58,351 bases of DNA from positions 12,601 through 70,951 of the forward strand of contig DGDN01000111.1 of NCBI GenBank assembly GCA_002385465.1. Direction: 5' to 3'. The DNA comes from Candidatus Fermentithermobacillaceae bacterium UBA3951. Lineage in GTDB: Bacteria; Bacillota; Sulfobacillia; Fermentithermobacillales; Fermentithermobacillaceae. Positions 1-8,038 of this stretch are shown in pieces (the first letter of the stretch is position 1; each line of letters starts with the position of its first letter). The position numbers were made by a program, and so were the translations under genes. A model generated the notes under the pieces. That model worked only from the letters and a program-made list of their open reading frames with translations, had not been told where the DNA came from and made no database searches.

Positions 1-23
1 AATGCCGGATGCCCCGGGGGATG

Positions 24-119
24 CCTACAGAAAATGTAGGAATGCTCGCTCATAACCTACACAAACTGATGGTTGATCAAGTAAATACCTACAAAAATAG
101 CTGGATAGACCGAGAACAA
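24..119. repeat. Three direct degenerate units starting CCTACA-N-AAA-NN-G-NN-GG, phased exactly 32 bp apart (starts 24, 56, 88), in an AT-rich non-coding stretch
   Basis: Read directly: cctacagaaaatgtagg / cctacacaaactgatgg / cctacaaaaatagctgg. The first unit also forms the hairpin CCTACA-gaaaa-TGTAGG. Confidence 0.5.
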
Positions 120-132
120 CTGGAAGAAACTG

Positions 133-161
133 ACAATAACCGGTCCCAGAGGAGGGACCGG
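133..161 (-). terminator. Probable intrinsic terminator downstream of pmbA
   Basis: Perfect 8-bp stem CCGGTCCC/GGGACCGG (140-161) with a 6-nt loop. On the minus strand it is followed by TTATTGT. It lies about 30 nt past the pmbA stop. Confidence 0.5.
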
Positions 162-193
162 CTTATTGCCTTGAACGGCGTTTGGTTATTGCT

Positions 194-1489
194 TTACTTA
201 CCCGAAATAGTCGCCTCGGACACGGCTACCCACGGCAGCACGGAGAAGCCCGAGTTAACCCGTTCTTTCGAAACGGCGGACACGTTCATGAGCATCTCGG
301 CGAAATTGCCGGATACCATTGACTCGCTGATGGGGTACTTAATCTCCCCGTCCTCGATGAGGTAGCTGTTTTTGGCTATGCCGGAGAAGTCGCCGTTGGC
401 GCTCGGGTTACCGCCGGAGAACCTGGCAAGGAGGATACCTCTCTTTACGGACCTGACCATATCTTCGAATGACTTGTCTCCCGGTTCAACCACCCAAGCG
501 CCGCCGCTCGAAGCTGCCCTTTCTTTGCCGGTCTTCTTCGCTCCGTAAAGGCTGAGCATGTAACTCTTGAGGACGCCCTTTTCCACCAGAGTCATGTTTC
601 TTGCCTTGTAGCCGTCGGTTGTTATGAAATAGCCGTCTGCGATCTCCTCAGATACAGGGCGGGAGTGGATGGTCAGAGAGGGGCTTGCCACTTCTTTGCC
701 AATGCTCTCTTTGTATATGCTGGTTCCCGCTATCATGGGGCCGTCGCTCACCGAGCGCGCCAGGAACCCCAGCATTTCGTCAAGGCATTCCGGTGTGAAG
801 ATGACGTGGCCAACGAACTTGCCTTTCACGGGGAAGGTCCTTGTCTGCTCGCCCGATTCTCTGAGGAGCCTGTCAAGCCCGGCGTATTCGATGAGCGGTC
901 TATCGAGGTCTCTCACGGAAAACCCTGTGTAGTTGAAGGACGAGACCCTGTCTCCTTCTTGTGAAGAGAATATGGTGACGAAATGGTATACTCCCGTCGT
1001 GCTCTCGAAATCGACGCCGTTGGAGTTTCGGACGTAGCTCCTTGCCTTCGTGAAGTCCAAGTAGGCTTGCCGGATGACCGTCTTGGGGTGGCGGCGCTTC
1101 ACTTCGTCCAAGAACTCGCGGAGTCGCATGTGCATCTTGTCGAGGTCGGGGGAATCGCTCCCCGCCGAGAAGACTTCCGCCGGCTGGCCCTCGGCTATAT
1201 CGTTGGCTTCATCCGGCTGAGACGCCTCGGCGATGGCCAAAACATCGGCCGCCGCCCGTTCAAGGGACTCCGAATCGGACTTGTTTGCCGCCGTTTGCCC
1301 GCGCCTTTGGTCCTTTATGGCCGTTAGCCTAACCTGGGTGTCGAAGGTCGTCCTAAGCAGGCTGAATTCTCCCGCGTCCACGTTCATCTCGTGTTTTTCC
1401 ACGAGAGATACCGTGCTCTGTGCCTTGTCCGCGCCCAGCCGGAGGAGCGCTTCCAGGCCTAGTCTCGCAGTCTCTCTGCCGTTCTGCAT
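194..1489 (-). CDS. pmbA: PmbA/TldE-family metalloprotease subunit
   Basis: 431-aa ORF with PmbA-like sequence and no HExxxH motif. Its start is 3 nt after the tldD stop, and an AGGAGG RBS lies inside the tldD 3' end. Confidence 0.85.
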   Translation of the reverse strand: MQNGRETARLGLEALLRLGADKAQSTVSLVEKHEMNVDAGEFSLLRTTFDTQVRLTAIKDQRRGQTAANKSDSESLERAAADVLAIAEASQPDEANDIAEGQPAEVFSAGSDSPDLDKMHMRLREFLDEVKRRHPKTVIRQAYLDFTKARSYVRNSNGVDFESTTGVYHFVTIFSSQEGDRVSSFNYTGFSVRDLDRPLIEYAGLDRLLRESGEQTRTFPVKGKFVGHVIFTPECLDEMLGFLARSVSDGPMIAGTSIYKESIGKEVASPSLTIHSRPVSEEIADGYFITTDGYKARNMTLVEKGVLKSYMLSLYGAKKTGKERAASSGGAWVVEPGDKSFEDMVRSVKRGILLARFSGGNPSANGDFSGIAKNSYLIEDGEIKYPISESMVSGNFAEMLMNVSAVSKERVNSGFSVLPWVAVSEATISGK

Positions 1490-1492
1490 ATT

Positions 1493-2872
1493 TTATCTGC
1501 CTCCTATGCTGACCACGCACTTGATGGCCGGGCCACCCATGCCTACCGGGATGGCTTGCTTCTTCCCACACATCCCCGCGCATGACCATTTCATGTCGTC
1601 TGATACCATGGTGACCGTCTTGAGCAGGTCGAAAGCCACACCCGAAATGGTCGTGTCTCTTATGGCCCTTCCGAGTTTTCCGTTCTTGATCTCGTATCCC
1701 AGCGTAACGCCGAACATAAACTCGCTGGTTGAATCGGCCTGCCCGTTGCTCGGCCTGATGAGGTAGTACCCATCGTCGACCGAAGCGATCATGTCGGCTA
1801 ACTTGCTCGTCCCCGGCAGAATTGCCGTGTTCCTCATCCTGATGAGGGGCTCATCCGAGAACTGGTACGCGCGGGCGTTTCCCGTGGGCGCGACACCGAA
1901 GTGGACCGCGCTTTCTTTGTTGTGCATGTAGCCTCTGAGGATTCCCTTTTCAATGAGCACTGCGTCTTCGGCCTTGGTCCCTTCGTCGTCTACGTAGACA
2001 GGCACGGGACACGTCTGGCCCAGGGCGGTATTGGCGAAGTCAATGAGCGTGACGAGGGGGCTTGCTGCTTCCTTGTTGAGCAGGGGACCGGCCACCGACC
2101 CACCTACGACCAGGTCGGCTTCGGTAGTATGCCCTATGGCTTCGTGGGCGAGGATGCCGGCGAGCTCCGCGTCCAGCACGCAGGTCTTCACACCTGCCTC
2201 TGCGAAAACGCCCTCTCTCTTCTTCATCAAGTGTTCATAGTGGGTTCTTAGGCCTTCATAGATCGCGTTGGGCGATTCGAAAACGTCCTCGAACTGCCCC
2301 AACCCCCCGTAAACCGATGAAAGGTCTACGGGCTGGCCGTCTTTTTCGACGGTCATCGATACGCGGATGATGCTCCTCGGTGTAAGCGAGTGGCTGTACG
2401 ACCCGTCTGATGTTAGGAGCGCTTTCTCCATGTCGAGACAGCTAAGGCCTACGATCCGGCTGGACAGGTTGGGATAGGTCTTAAGGATATGGTTGTCTAT
2501 CTCTCTTACGAATTCCACCAGTTCCTTCTGGCTGAGTCTCGACTTGGTCGTTTTGAAGATGTTTTCGGAAGTAACGGGCGCCCCGGGCAGGCCGTCCTTG
2601 CCCTTCTTTTCTCGTGAGTCTAGGAAAGCGGCGTTGTCCGACGCGGCCTTAATGACCGACGTGATGGCCTCTCTTGAAAGATCGGGGCTTGAGGCGAACC
2701 CCCATGAACCGCTCCTGTATACTCTGGCCGATATGCCGCCTATGTCCGCTCGCGAGTTGGTTGTTATGTTGCCCTTTACAGAGAAGATACTGACGGTCCT
2801 GTTCTCTTGGGCCCTTAATTCGGTGTAAGCTTTGAAAAGCCCCGAGAACTCCCTTAAGTCTATATGGCGCAA
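1493..2872 (-). CDS. tldD: TldD-family zinc metalloprotease
   Basis: HEAIGH (HExxxH) motif and TldD-like C-terminus. I prefer the TTG start at 2872, preceded by GGAGGG. The ORF stays open up to an ATG at 2965, which has no RBS. Confidence 0.85.
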   Translation of the reverse strand: MRHIDLREFSGLFKAYTELRAQENRTVSIFSVKGNITTNSRADIGGISARVYRSGSWGFASSPDLSREAITSVIKAASDNAAFLDSREKKGKDGLPGAPVTSENIFKTTKSRLSQKELVEFVREIDNHILKTYPNLSSRIVGLSCLDMEKALLTSDGSYSHSLTPRSIIRVSMTVEKDGQPVDLSSVYGGLGQFEDVFESPNAIYEGLRTHYEHLMKKREGVFAEAGVKTCVLDAELAGILAHEAIGHTTEADLVVGGSVAGPLLNKEAASPLVTLIDFANTALGQTCPVPVYVDDEGTKAEDAVLIEKGILRGYMHNKESAVHFGVAPTGNARAYQFSDEPLIRMRNTAILPGTSKLADMIASVDDGYYLIRPSNGQADSTSEFMFGVTLGYEIKNGKLGRAIRDTTISGVAFDLLKTVTMVSDDMKWSCAGMCGKKQAIPVGMGGPAIKCVVSIGGR

Positions 2873-3163
2873 AGAAATCCCTCCTTCTACCTGATTGGAC
2901 GCGGGGATGGTCAGAAGCAATTTCTTCGCAGGTGGAGTTGTAACCTTCTTCCATCCACAGACCATCGCACGGACATAGTGTTACACCGGCAATTTGCAGC
3001 ACTCTATTTGAGAGGGACTCGATGGGCGGGAGACTAATGGGCCGGAAGCTTGAGGGCTGTTCGGCCGCCGGCAGGGCTCCACAGGCGGCGCCCGATCTGC
3101 GGGTACCAGATGCAGGACTTCACTTTCTTCCGGGGAATCAACTAAACGGAGGGAGAACGTTCC

Positions 3164-4771
3164 ATGGCTAAAGACTGCCTGGTTGAATGCGTACCGAATT
3201 TCAGCGAGGGCCGTGATCAGAGGATAATCGAGGAAATCGTCAGGTGTATCCCTGAAAGCGGCTGCAGGCTTCTCGACGTACAGTCCGACGCGAGCCATAA
3301 CCGATCGGTGGTGACCTTTATAGGGCAGCCGGATAAGGTTGTGGAAGCGGCCTTTGCTTGCACCAAGAAGGCAAGCGAACTCATCAACATGGAGCTGCAC
3401 AGCGGCCAACACCCCCGCATGGGTGCGACCGACGTGATACCCTTTGTGCCCGTACAGGGGGTATCTATGGACGAGTGCATCGAAATGGCCAAGACGGTCG
3501 GTCGGAGGATTGCTTCCGAACTGGGCATACCCGTGTATTTGTACGGGAAAGCCGCCACACGACCCGATCGCGTAAGGCTCCCTGATGTGAGGCGCGGGGA
3601 ATATGAGGGGCTCAAGGTGGCTATCGGCACCGACCCGGAACGGATGCCCGACTTCGGCCCGCCCAGGATGCACCCGACTGCGGGCGCCACCGCCGTGGGA
3701 GCCCGTCCGCCGCTCATAGCATACAACGTCAACCTGGATACGGGCGATATAGTCAAAGCCCGGACCATCGCCAGGGCCATACGGGAATCGTCCGGAGGTC
3801 TGCCGGCCGTACAGGCAAAGGGCATTCTCATCAAGGAGACGGGCGACGTCCAAGTCACCATGAACCTTACCGACCACAAAGTGACTTCCATTGACGCCGT
3901 TATGCATCACATCGAAACGGAAGCGGAAAAGGTTGGCGCAAAGATCAAGAATTCCGAGATTGTGGGCCTTCTCCCCCTGGATGCTCTCTTGGATGTAGCG
4001 ATCGCCAGGTTGAGACTCACCGGATTTTCCAGGCGTCAGATCCTTGATCTGGTGGGTCAGCAGGCAGAAGGAGAAGAAGGCCCGTGCCATGAGGAGAAGC
4101 GGGATTCCGGCTCAACCACTACTCAGAAGGAGTGTTACTACTTGGCTCAAATGGACCTATCCAAGTTTGTAGATGACTTGGCGGCGCCGACTGGAGCGCC
4201 GGGAGGCGGGGCAGCGGCGGCGGTTGCGGGAGTCTTAGGCTGCGCCCTTGTGAGGATGGTAGCGGGGAACACATTGAGTAAAGCCAGGTTCAAAGAAGGG
4301 CGGGACAGGCTGGAAGAGATCAGGAAGGCTTCTCAAGCCCTGATCGAAAAGTTCCAGGAGCTTGCTGTCAAAGACGCCGAGTCCTACATGGCCGTTGAGG
4401 CCGCTATCAAAATGCCTAGGGTGACCGAGGAGGAAAAGGCTGCCCGGCGCGCTGCCATGCAGGAAGCCTTCAAAGGCGCCACTCTCGCGCCTCTCGAGAC
4501 GGTTGCAGAAATCATCGAGGCAATGTCGCTCTTACCCGACCTTACCCGGTATGGAAATCCCAACGCCATCACCGATATGGCGGTAGGCGCCCTCCTCCTT
4601 GATGCCGCAAGACGTGGGGCTGCCATGAACGTGCAGGTGAACTTGGGTTCCATCGATGACGAGGGTTTTGTGGCCAAGGCAAGAGAAGACTTGTCTCTCG
4701 CGACATCGAAGGCACAGGCGCTGCTTCAGTACGTGATCGAGGGTGTGAAGGCTCAGGGGCTGGATTTCTAA
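3164..4771 (+). CDS. ftcD: Bifunctional glutamate formimidoyltransferase / formimidoyl-THF cyclodeaminase (fused FtcD)
   Basis: N-terminus VECVPNFSEGRD is typical of formiminotransferase. The C-terminal roughly 200 aa carry the cyclodeaminase signature PTGAPGGGAAAAVAG. GGAGGGAG RBS lies 8 nt upstream. Confidence 0.85.
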   Translation: MAKDCLVECVPNFSEGRDQRIIEEIVRCIPESGCRLLDVQSDASHNRSVVTFIGQPDKVVEAAFACTKKASELINMELHSGQHPRMGATDVIPFVPVQGVSMDECIEMAKTVGRRIASELGIPVYLYGKAATRPDRVRLPDVRRGEYEGLKVAIGTDPERMPDFGPPRMHPTAGATAVGARPPLIAYNVNLDTGDIVKARTIARAIRESSGGLPAVQAKGILIKETGDVQVTMNLTDHKVTSIDAVMHHIETEAEKVGAKIKNSEIVGLLPLDALLDVAIARLRLTGFSRRQILDLVGQQAEGEEGPCHEEKRDSGSTTTQKECYYLAQMDLSKFVDDLAAPTGAPGGGAAAAVAGVLGCALVRMVAGNTLSKARFKEGRDRLEEIRKASQALIEKFQELAVKDAESYMAVEAAIKMPRVTEEEKAARRAAMQEAFKGATLAPLETVAEIIEAMSLLPDLTRYGNPNAITDMAVGALLLDAARRGAAMNVQVNLGSIDDEGFVAKAREDLSLATSKAQALLQYVIEGVKAQGLDF

Positions 4772-4927
4772 CCGGGTCCTTTTGGCGCGTATCCCTAGTT
4801 CAATCACCTAAGGCGTTTTTCGAGACCCGACCTGCGCGCCCGTACTAATATGTCGAAAACCCGGCTGCATAGTCATACCCTGTTTAGGCGGGTCGGAAGG
4901 TCTTGGGGGCTAGGGTTTTCTCCCCGA

Positions 4928-6382
4928 TTACCGCTTCCAGAACGTTGGAGTCAGGGCTACAAATACGGTAAAGAGCTCGAGCCTTCCCAGGAGCATGAGG
5001 AAGGTTAGCACTATTTTTCCTGATGCGGGTATTACGGCGAAACTCTGGGCCGGTCCTACAAGGCCGAGTCCGGGACCAACATTGCCGAGGGTGGCTGCTA
5101 CTGCCGACAACGCGCTCACGATGTCTAGACCGAGCCAGAGCATATAGAAAGTGCCTGCAAGATGAGAGGCCAGGTAGATAGCTATGAACACGAAGACGTT
5201 TCTTACGGTGCTTTCCGGTATCACGCGGTCTCCTATTCGCACAGGTAGGACCGCCCTGGAGTGGACCATGTGCCCAAGCTCAGAGACGACGGCCTTCGCT
5301 GCGACCATCAGCCTGGCGATCTTTATTGAGCCGGCCGTTGAGCCTGAACAGGCTCCAAAGAACATGAGAAACAGGAGTATCCCTTTTGTCAGGTCGGGCC
5401 ACTGATCGAAGTCCGCCGTCGTGTAGCCCGTGGTAGTGATGACCGAAACGACCTGGAAGGGTCCGTGGCGGAGGCCCTCCAAGAAGCCGTGCGTGCTGGT
5501 AAGGTTGAGGATTATGATCACGCTCGATACCAGGATAACGGCCGCGTAGGTCCTGAATTCGGGATCTCTCATAACAACCGAGAGTTTCCTCGTATTGACG
5601 GCCTTGTAGTAGAGACCGAAATTCACACCCGCTACGAACATGAAGAAGAGGATGATCAGCCGTACCCACGGGCTTTGGAAAGCCCCTATGCTTAGAGAGC
5701 GGTTGGAGAAGCCTCCGGTCGCTACGGTGCTGAATGTGTGGATCAAAGCCTCGTAAAAGCTCATCCCTGCGAGCAGGAGACAGATCACTTGGAGCAGCGT
5801 GATGACCGCATATATTCTCCATAGGAGGACCACGGATTGCCTCAGTCTTGGGGTGAACCGGGAAACCTCCATTCCGGGGAGCTCCGCTCTAAACAAAGGG
5901 TCGCTTCCTTGGTTGGCCATGGGCACAATGGCCAAGAAGGCGAGGATGATCCCCATCCCTCCGAGCCAGTTTAGGAAGCTTCTCCAAAAGAGGACGCCTG
6001 CCTGAGGCACCTCGATCTCGCGCATTACAGTTGCTCCGGTAGTGGTGAAGCCCGACATCGCCTCAAACAAGGCGTCGGCAGGGTTCGGCAAGACTCCGGA
6101 TATAACGAAGGGAATAGCTCCTGCAATGGAGCACAAGAGCCAGCTTCCCGTTACTACAACAAAAGAATCCCTGCTCCCAAGTTTTGTTTGGCCTTTATTC
6201 CTGTAGAGAAGGAAGACCCCCGGTATTCCCACGATAAACATAGACCACACGAATGCGGCGGCATCCGGGGTGCGATAATATAGCGCCCATGAAAGAGGAA
6301 GCAGCATGGAGAGTGCCAGTAAAACCAGGAGGAACCCGAATGTCCTTCTTATGCTTTCCCAGTGCAAAGCTCTTCTCCTCAC
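4928..6382 (-). CDS. trkH: TrkH/KtrB-family K+ uptake membrane subunit
   Basis: 484-aa polytopic membrane ORF with TrkH-like repeated pore segments (TTTG, TGGFS). It sits directly downstream of trkA. Confidence 0.85.
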   Translation of the reverse strand: MRRRALHWESIRRTFGFLLVLLALSMLLPLSWALYYRTPDAAAFVWSMFIVGIPGVFLLYRNKGQTKLGSRDSFVVVTGSWLLCSIAGAIPFVISGVLPNPADALFEAMSGFTTTGATVMREIEVPQAGVLFWRSFLNWLGGMGIILAFLAIVPMANQGSDPLFRAELPGMEVSRFTPRLRQSVVLLWRIYAVITLLQVICLLLAGMSFYEALIHTFSTVATGGFSNRSLSIGAFQSPWVRLIILFFMFVAGVNFGLYYKAVNTRKLSVVMRDPEFRTYAAVILVSSVIIILNLTSTHGFLEGLRHGPFQVVSVITTTGYTTADFDQWPDLTKGILLFLMFFGACSGSTAGSIKIARLMVAAKAVVSELGHMVHSRAVLPVRIGDRVIPESTVRNVFVFIAIYLASHLAGTFYMLWLGLDIVSALSAVAATLGNVGPGLGLVGPAQSFAVIPASGKIVLTFLMLLGRLELFTVFVALTPTFWKR

Positions 6383-6393
6383 AATTCAGGTTG

Positions 6394-7740
6394 TCACAGG
6401 CCGAGCAATCTCTGGACCTTGGGTACGGCGTCATCTTCTGCGAAAACCACCACCCGGTCCCGGGGCCGTATTTCGGAGTAGCCGTGGGGGATGATCACTT
6501 CGGACCCCCGGATAATGGTGCCTATCAGGGAATTTCTAGGAAGCCCGGCATTTATCAGTTCCTTGCCCGCAATGGGTGCATCATCAGATATCACTACCTC
6601 CATAACCTCTGCCTGCCCTTGTTTCAGGAACGAGAGGTCGACCAGTTTCTCCTTCCTGAGGAGCTTCAGTATGGTGCTGGCAGTCAGGATGCGCGGGACC
6701 ACGGTAGCCTGAACTCCTATGGTATCTGCCAGAGCTGCGTATTCTTGGCGTCCAAGGAGCACGATGATCTCTTTGACGCCCAACCTCTTTCCGAGCATGG
6801 CTACGAGGAGGTTTACTTCCTCCGAACCGGTCGCGGCTATCAAAGCATCGGACTCATATACCCGCTCCGACTCGAGCACGTCCATCCGCGCCCCATCGGC
6901 GTTTATGACCAGCACTTTCGACAGCCTCTCTGCAAGCCATAAGGCCTTTTCCGGATTTCTCTCGATGAGCTTTATGGAGAGCCCTTCCTCTTGATGGTCA
7001 GATAGGATTTCGCAGATCCTGAGACCCGCTTCTCCCCCTCCGATAATGGTCACTGTCGTGATCTCGTCCGGTATGCGCCCGCTCAAGAAGACCGAACCCT
7101 CGAATTCCCCCGTCCTTCCGATCACGTAGACATAGTCGCCCACTCTTATCTCGCTGGTGCCGTCGGGGATCATGAGCTTTTCATCTCTGGAGATGGCGAC
7201 AATGAGGAAGTTCCTAAGACCCAGTTGCCGGAGCGGTTTGTCAACTATTGGGGAGTTAGACGAGGTGATCCTGAGCCCCACGAGCTGGATCCTGCCGTCA
7301 GCGTAAAAGCTTACCTCGCCCGCGGTCGGAGTCTTGAGAAGTTTCACTATCTCAAGGGCGGCGAGACGCTCGGGATGGATAATGAGGTCGATCCCGATCT
7401 GCCCATGAACGAGGGCCTTGGCGGGGAGCGTATAGTCGGGGTTTCTCACCCTGGCGACAGTCGTGGGAACGCCGTAATACTTGGCCGTGAGGCATGCGAT
7501 GATGTTGACTTCGTCATGGGTGGTGACTGCCACCACCAAGTCAGCTTCGCTCACTCCGGCTTCCTCAAGGACGGCGGGCGATGCCCCATTGCCCAGTACC
7601 GGCAAGACGTCAAGGGCCTCACGGGCCGGCGCGAGAGCCTGCTCAGAGGTGTCTATGAGCACCACGTCGTTGGATTCACGAGCCAGTTGCTCAGCTATGT
7701 GATAGCCTACTTTGCCGGCTCCTATCACTATCGCTTTCAC
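6394..7740 (-). CDS. trkA: TrkA K+ uptake NAD-binding regulatory subunit (double RCK)
   Basis: Two Rossmann motifs, IGAGKVG and IIGGGEAG. GTG start preceded by GGGAGGG. Confidence 0.9.
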   Translation of the reverse strand: MKAIVIGAGKVGYHIAEQLARESNDVVLIDTSEQALAPAREALDVLPVLGNGASPAVLEEAGVSEADLVVAVTTHDEVNIIACLTAKYYGVPTTVARVRNPDYTLPAKALVHGQIGIDLIIHPERLAALEIVKLLKTPTAGEVSFYADGRIQLVGLRITSSNSPIVDKPLRQLGLRNFLIVAISRDEKLMIPDGTSEIRVGDYVYVIGRTGEFEGSVFLSGRIPDEITTVTIIGGGEAGLRICEILSDHQEEGLSIKLIERNPEKALWLAERLSKVLVINADGARMDVLESERVYESDALIAATGSEEVNLLVAMLGKRLGVKEIIVLLGRQEYAALADTIGVQATVVPRILTASTILKLLRKEKLVDLSFLKQGQAEVMEVVISDDAPIAGKELINAGLPRNSLIGTIIRGSEVIIPHGYSEIRPRDRVVVFAEDDAVPKVQRLLGL

Positions 7741-8038
7741 AATACCCGCCCTCCCGGCTGTATCTGGGATCTTTCATTTCACCGAGCCCCATGTCTTAAC
7801 CTTCCCGGTACACGGTCGTTCGCCACGAGAGAGCGCACACTCCCCCATGCGTCATGGACTCGTTCCGAAGAAAAAGGCTCAGCGGAAGAGACGTGCGTTC
7901 CAAGCCATGAGTTCCGGAAGTCGGGAAGCCCTCCATGGGGGAGGGCTTCGTCACTATGTCTTTCCAGCCGTTCGGCGCGGGCGTGCGGGCCCGGCTTCCG
8001 GCTCTCCGGGATCTAGACTTCTTCCCTGCACTATCCGG

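Noticed and set aside
24-119. CRISPR array as an interpretation of the 32-bp repeats
   Set aside because: The period is far too short for repeat plus spacer, only about 10 of 32 positions are conserved, and there are no cas genes.
9-365. 118-aa plus-strand ORF at the left edge
   Set aside because: It starts in the AT-rich intergenic repeat region and runs antisense into the pmbA 3' end. It has no RBS and no recognisable domain.
2981-4090. 369-aa minus-strand ORF covering the tldD-ftcD spacer and the first 900 nt of ftcD
   Set aside because: It is antisense to a confidently recognised ftcD. Its composition is Gly/Arg/Pro/His-rich, typical of shadow ORFs in GC-rich DNA, and I see no RBS or recognisable motif.
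6678-6693. Sigma-54-like TGGCAGTCAGGATGCG; also TGGCAG...TTGCC near 52488
   Set aside because: Both lie inside coding sequence. The first is antisense within trkA, and the second is in rnfB with spacing off by one. These are expected chance hits.
7741-8038. c-di-AMP (ydaO/kimA) riboswitch upstream of trkA
   Set aside because: It would be expected from gene context. But the hallmark blocks I remember (ACGGGGGACCCA, GGGGUGAAUC, CCCGAACCCGACAGCUAAC) are absent or only partially matched, and out of order. It is kept only as an unexplained long leader.
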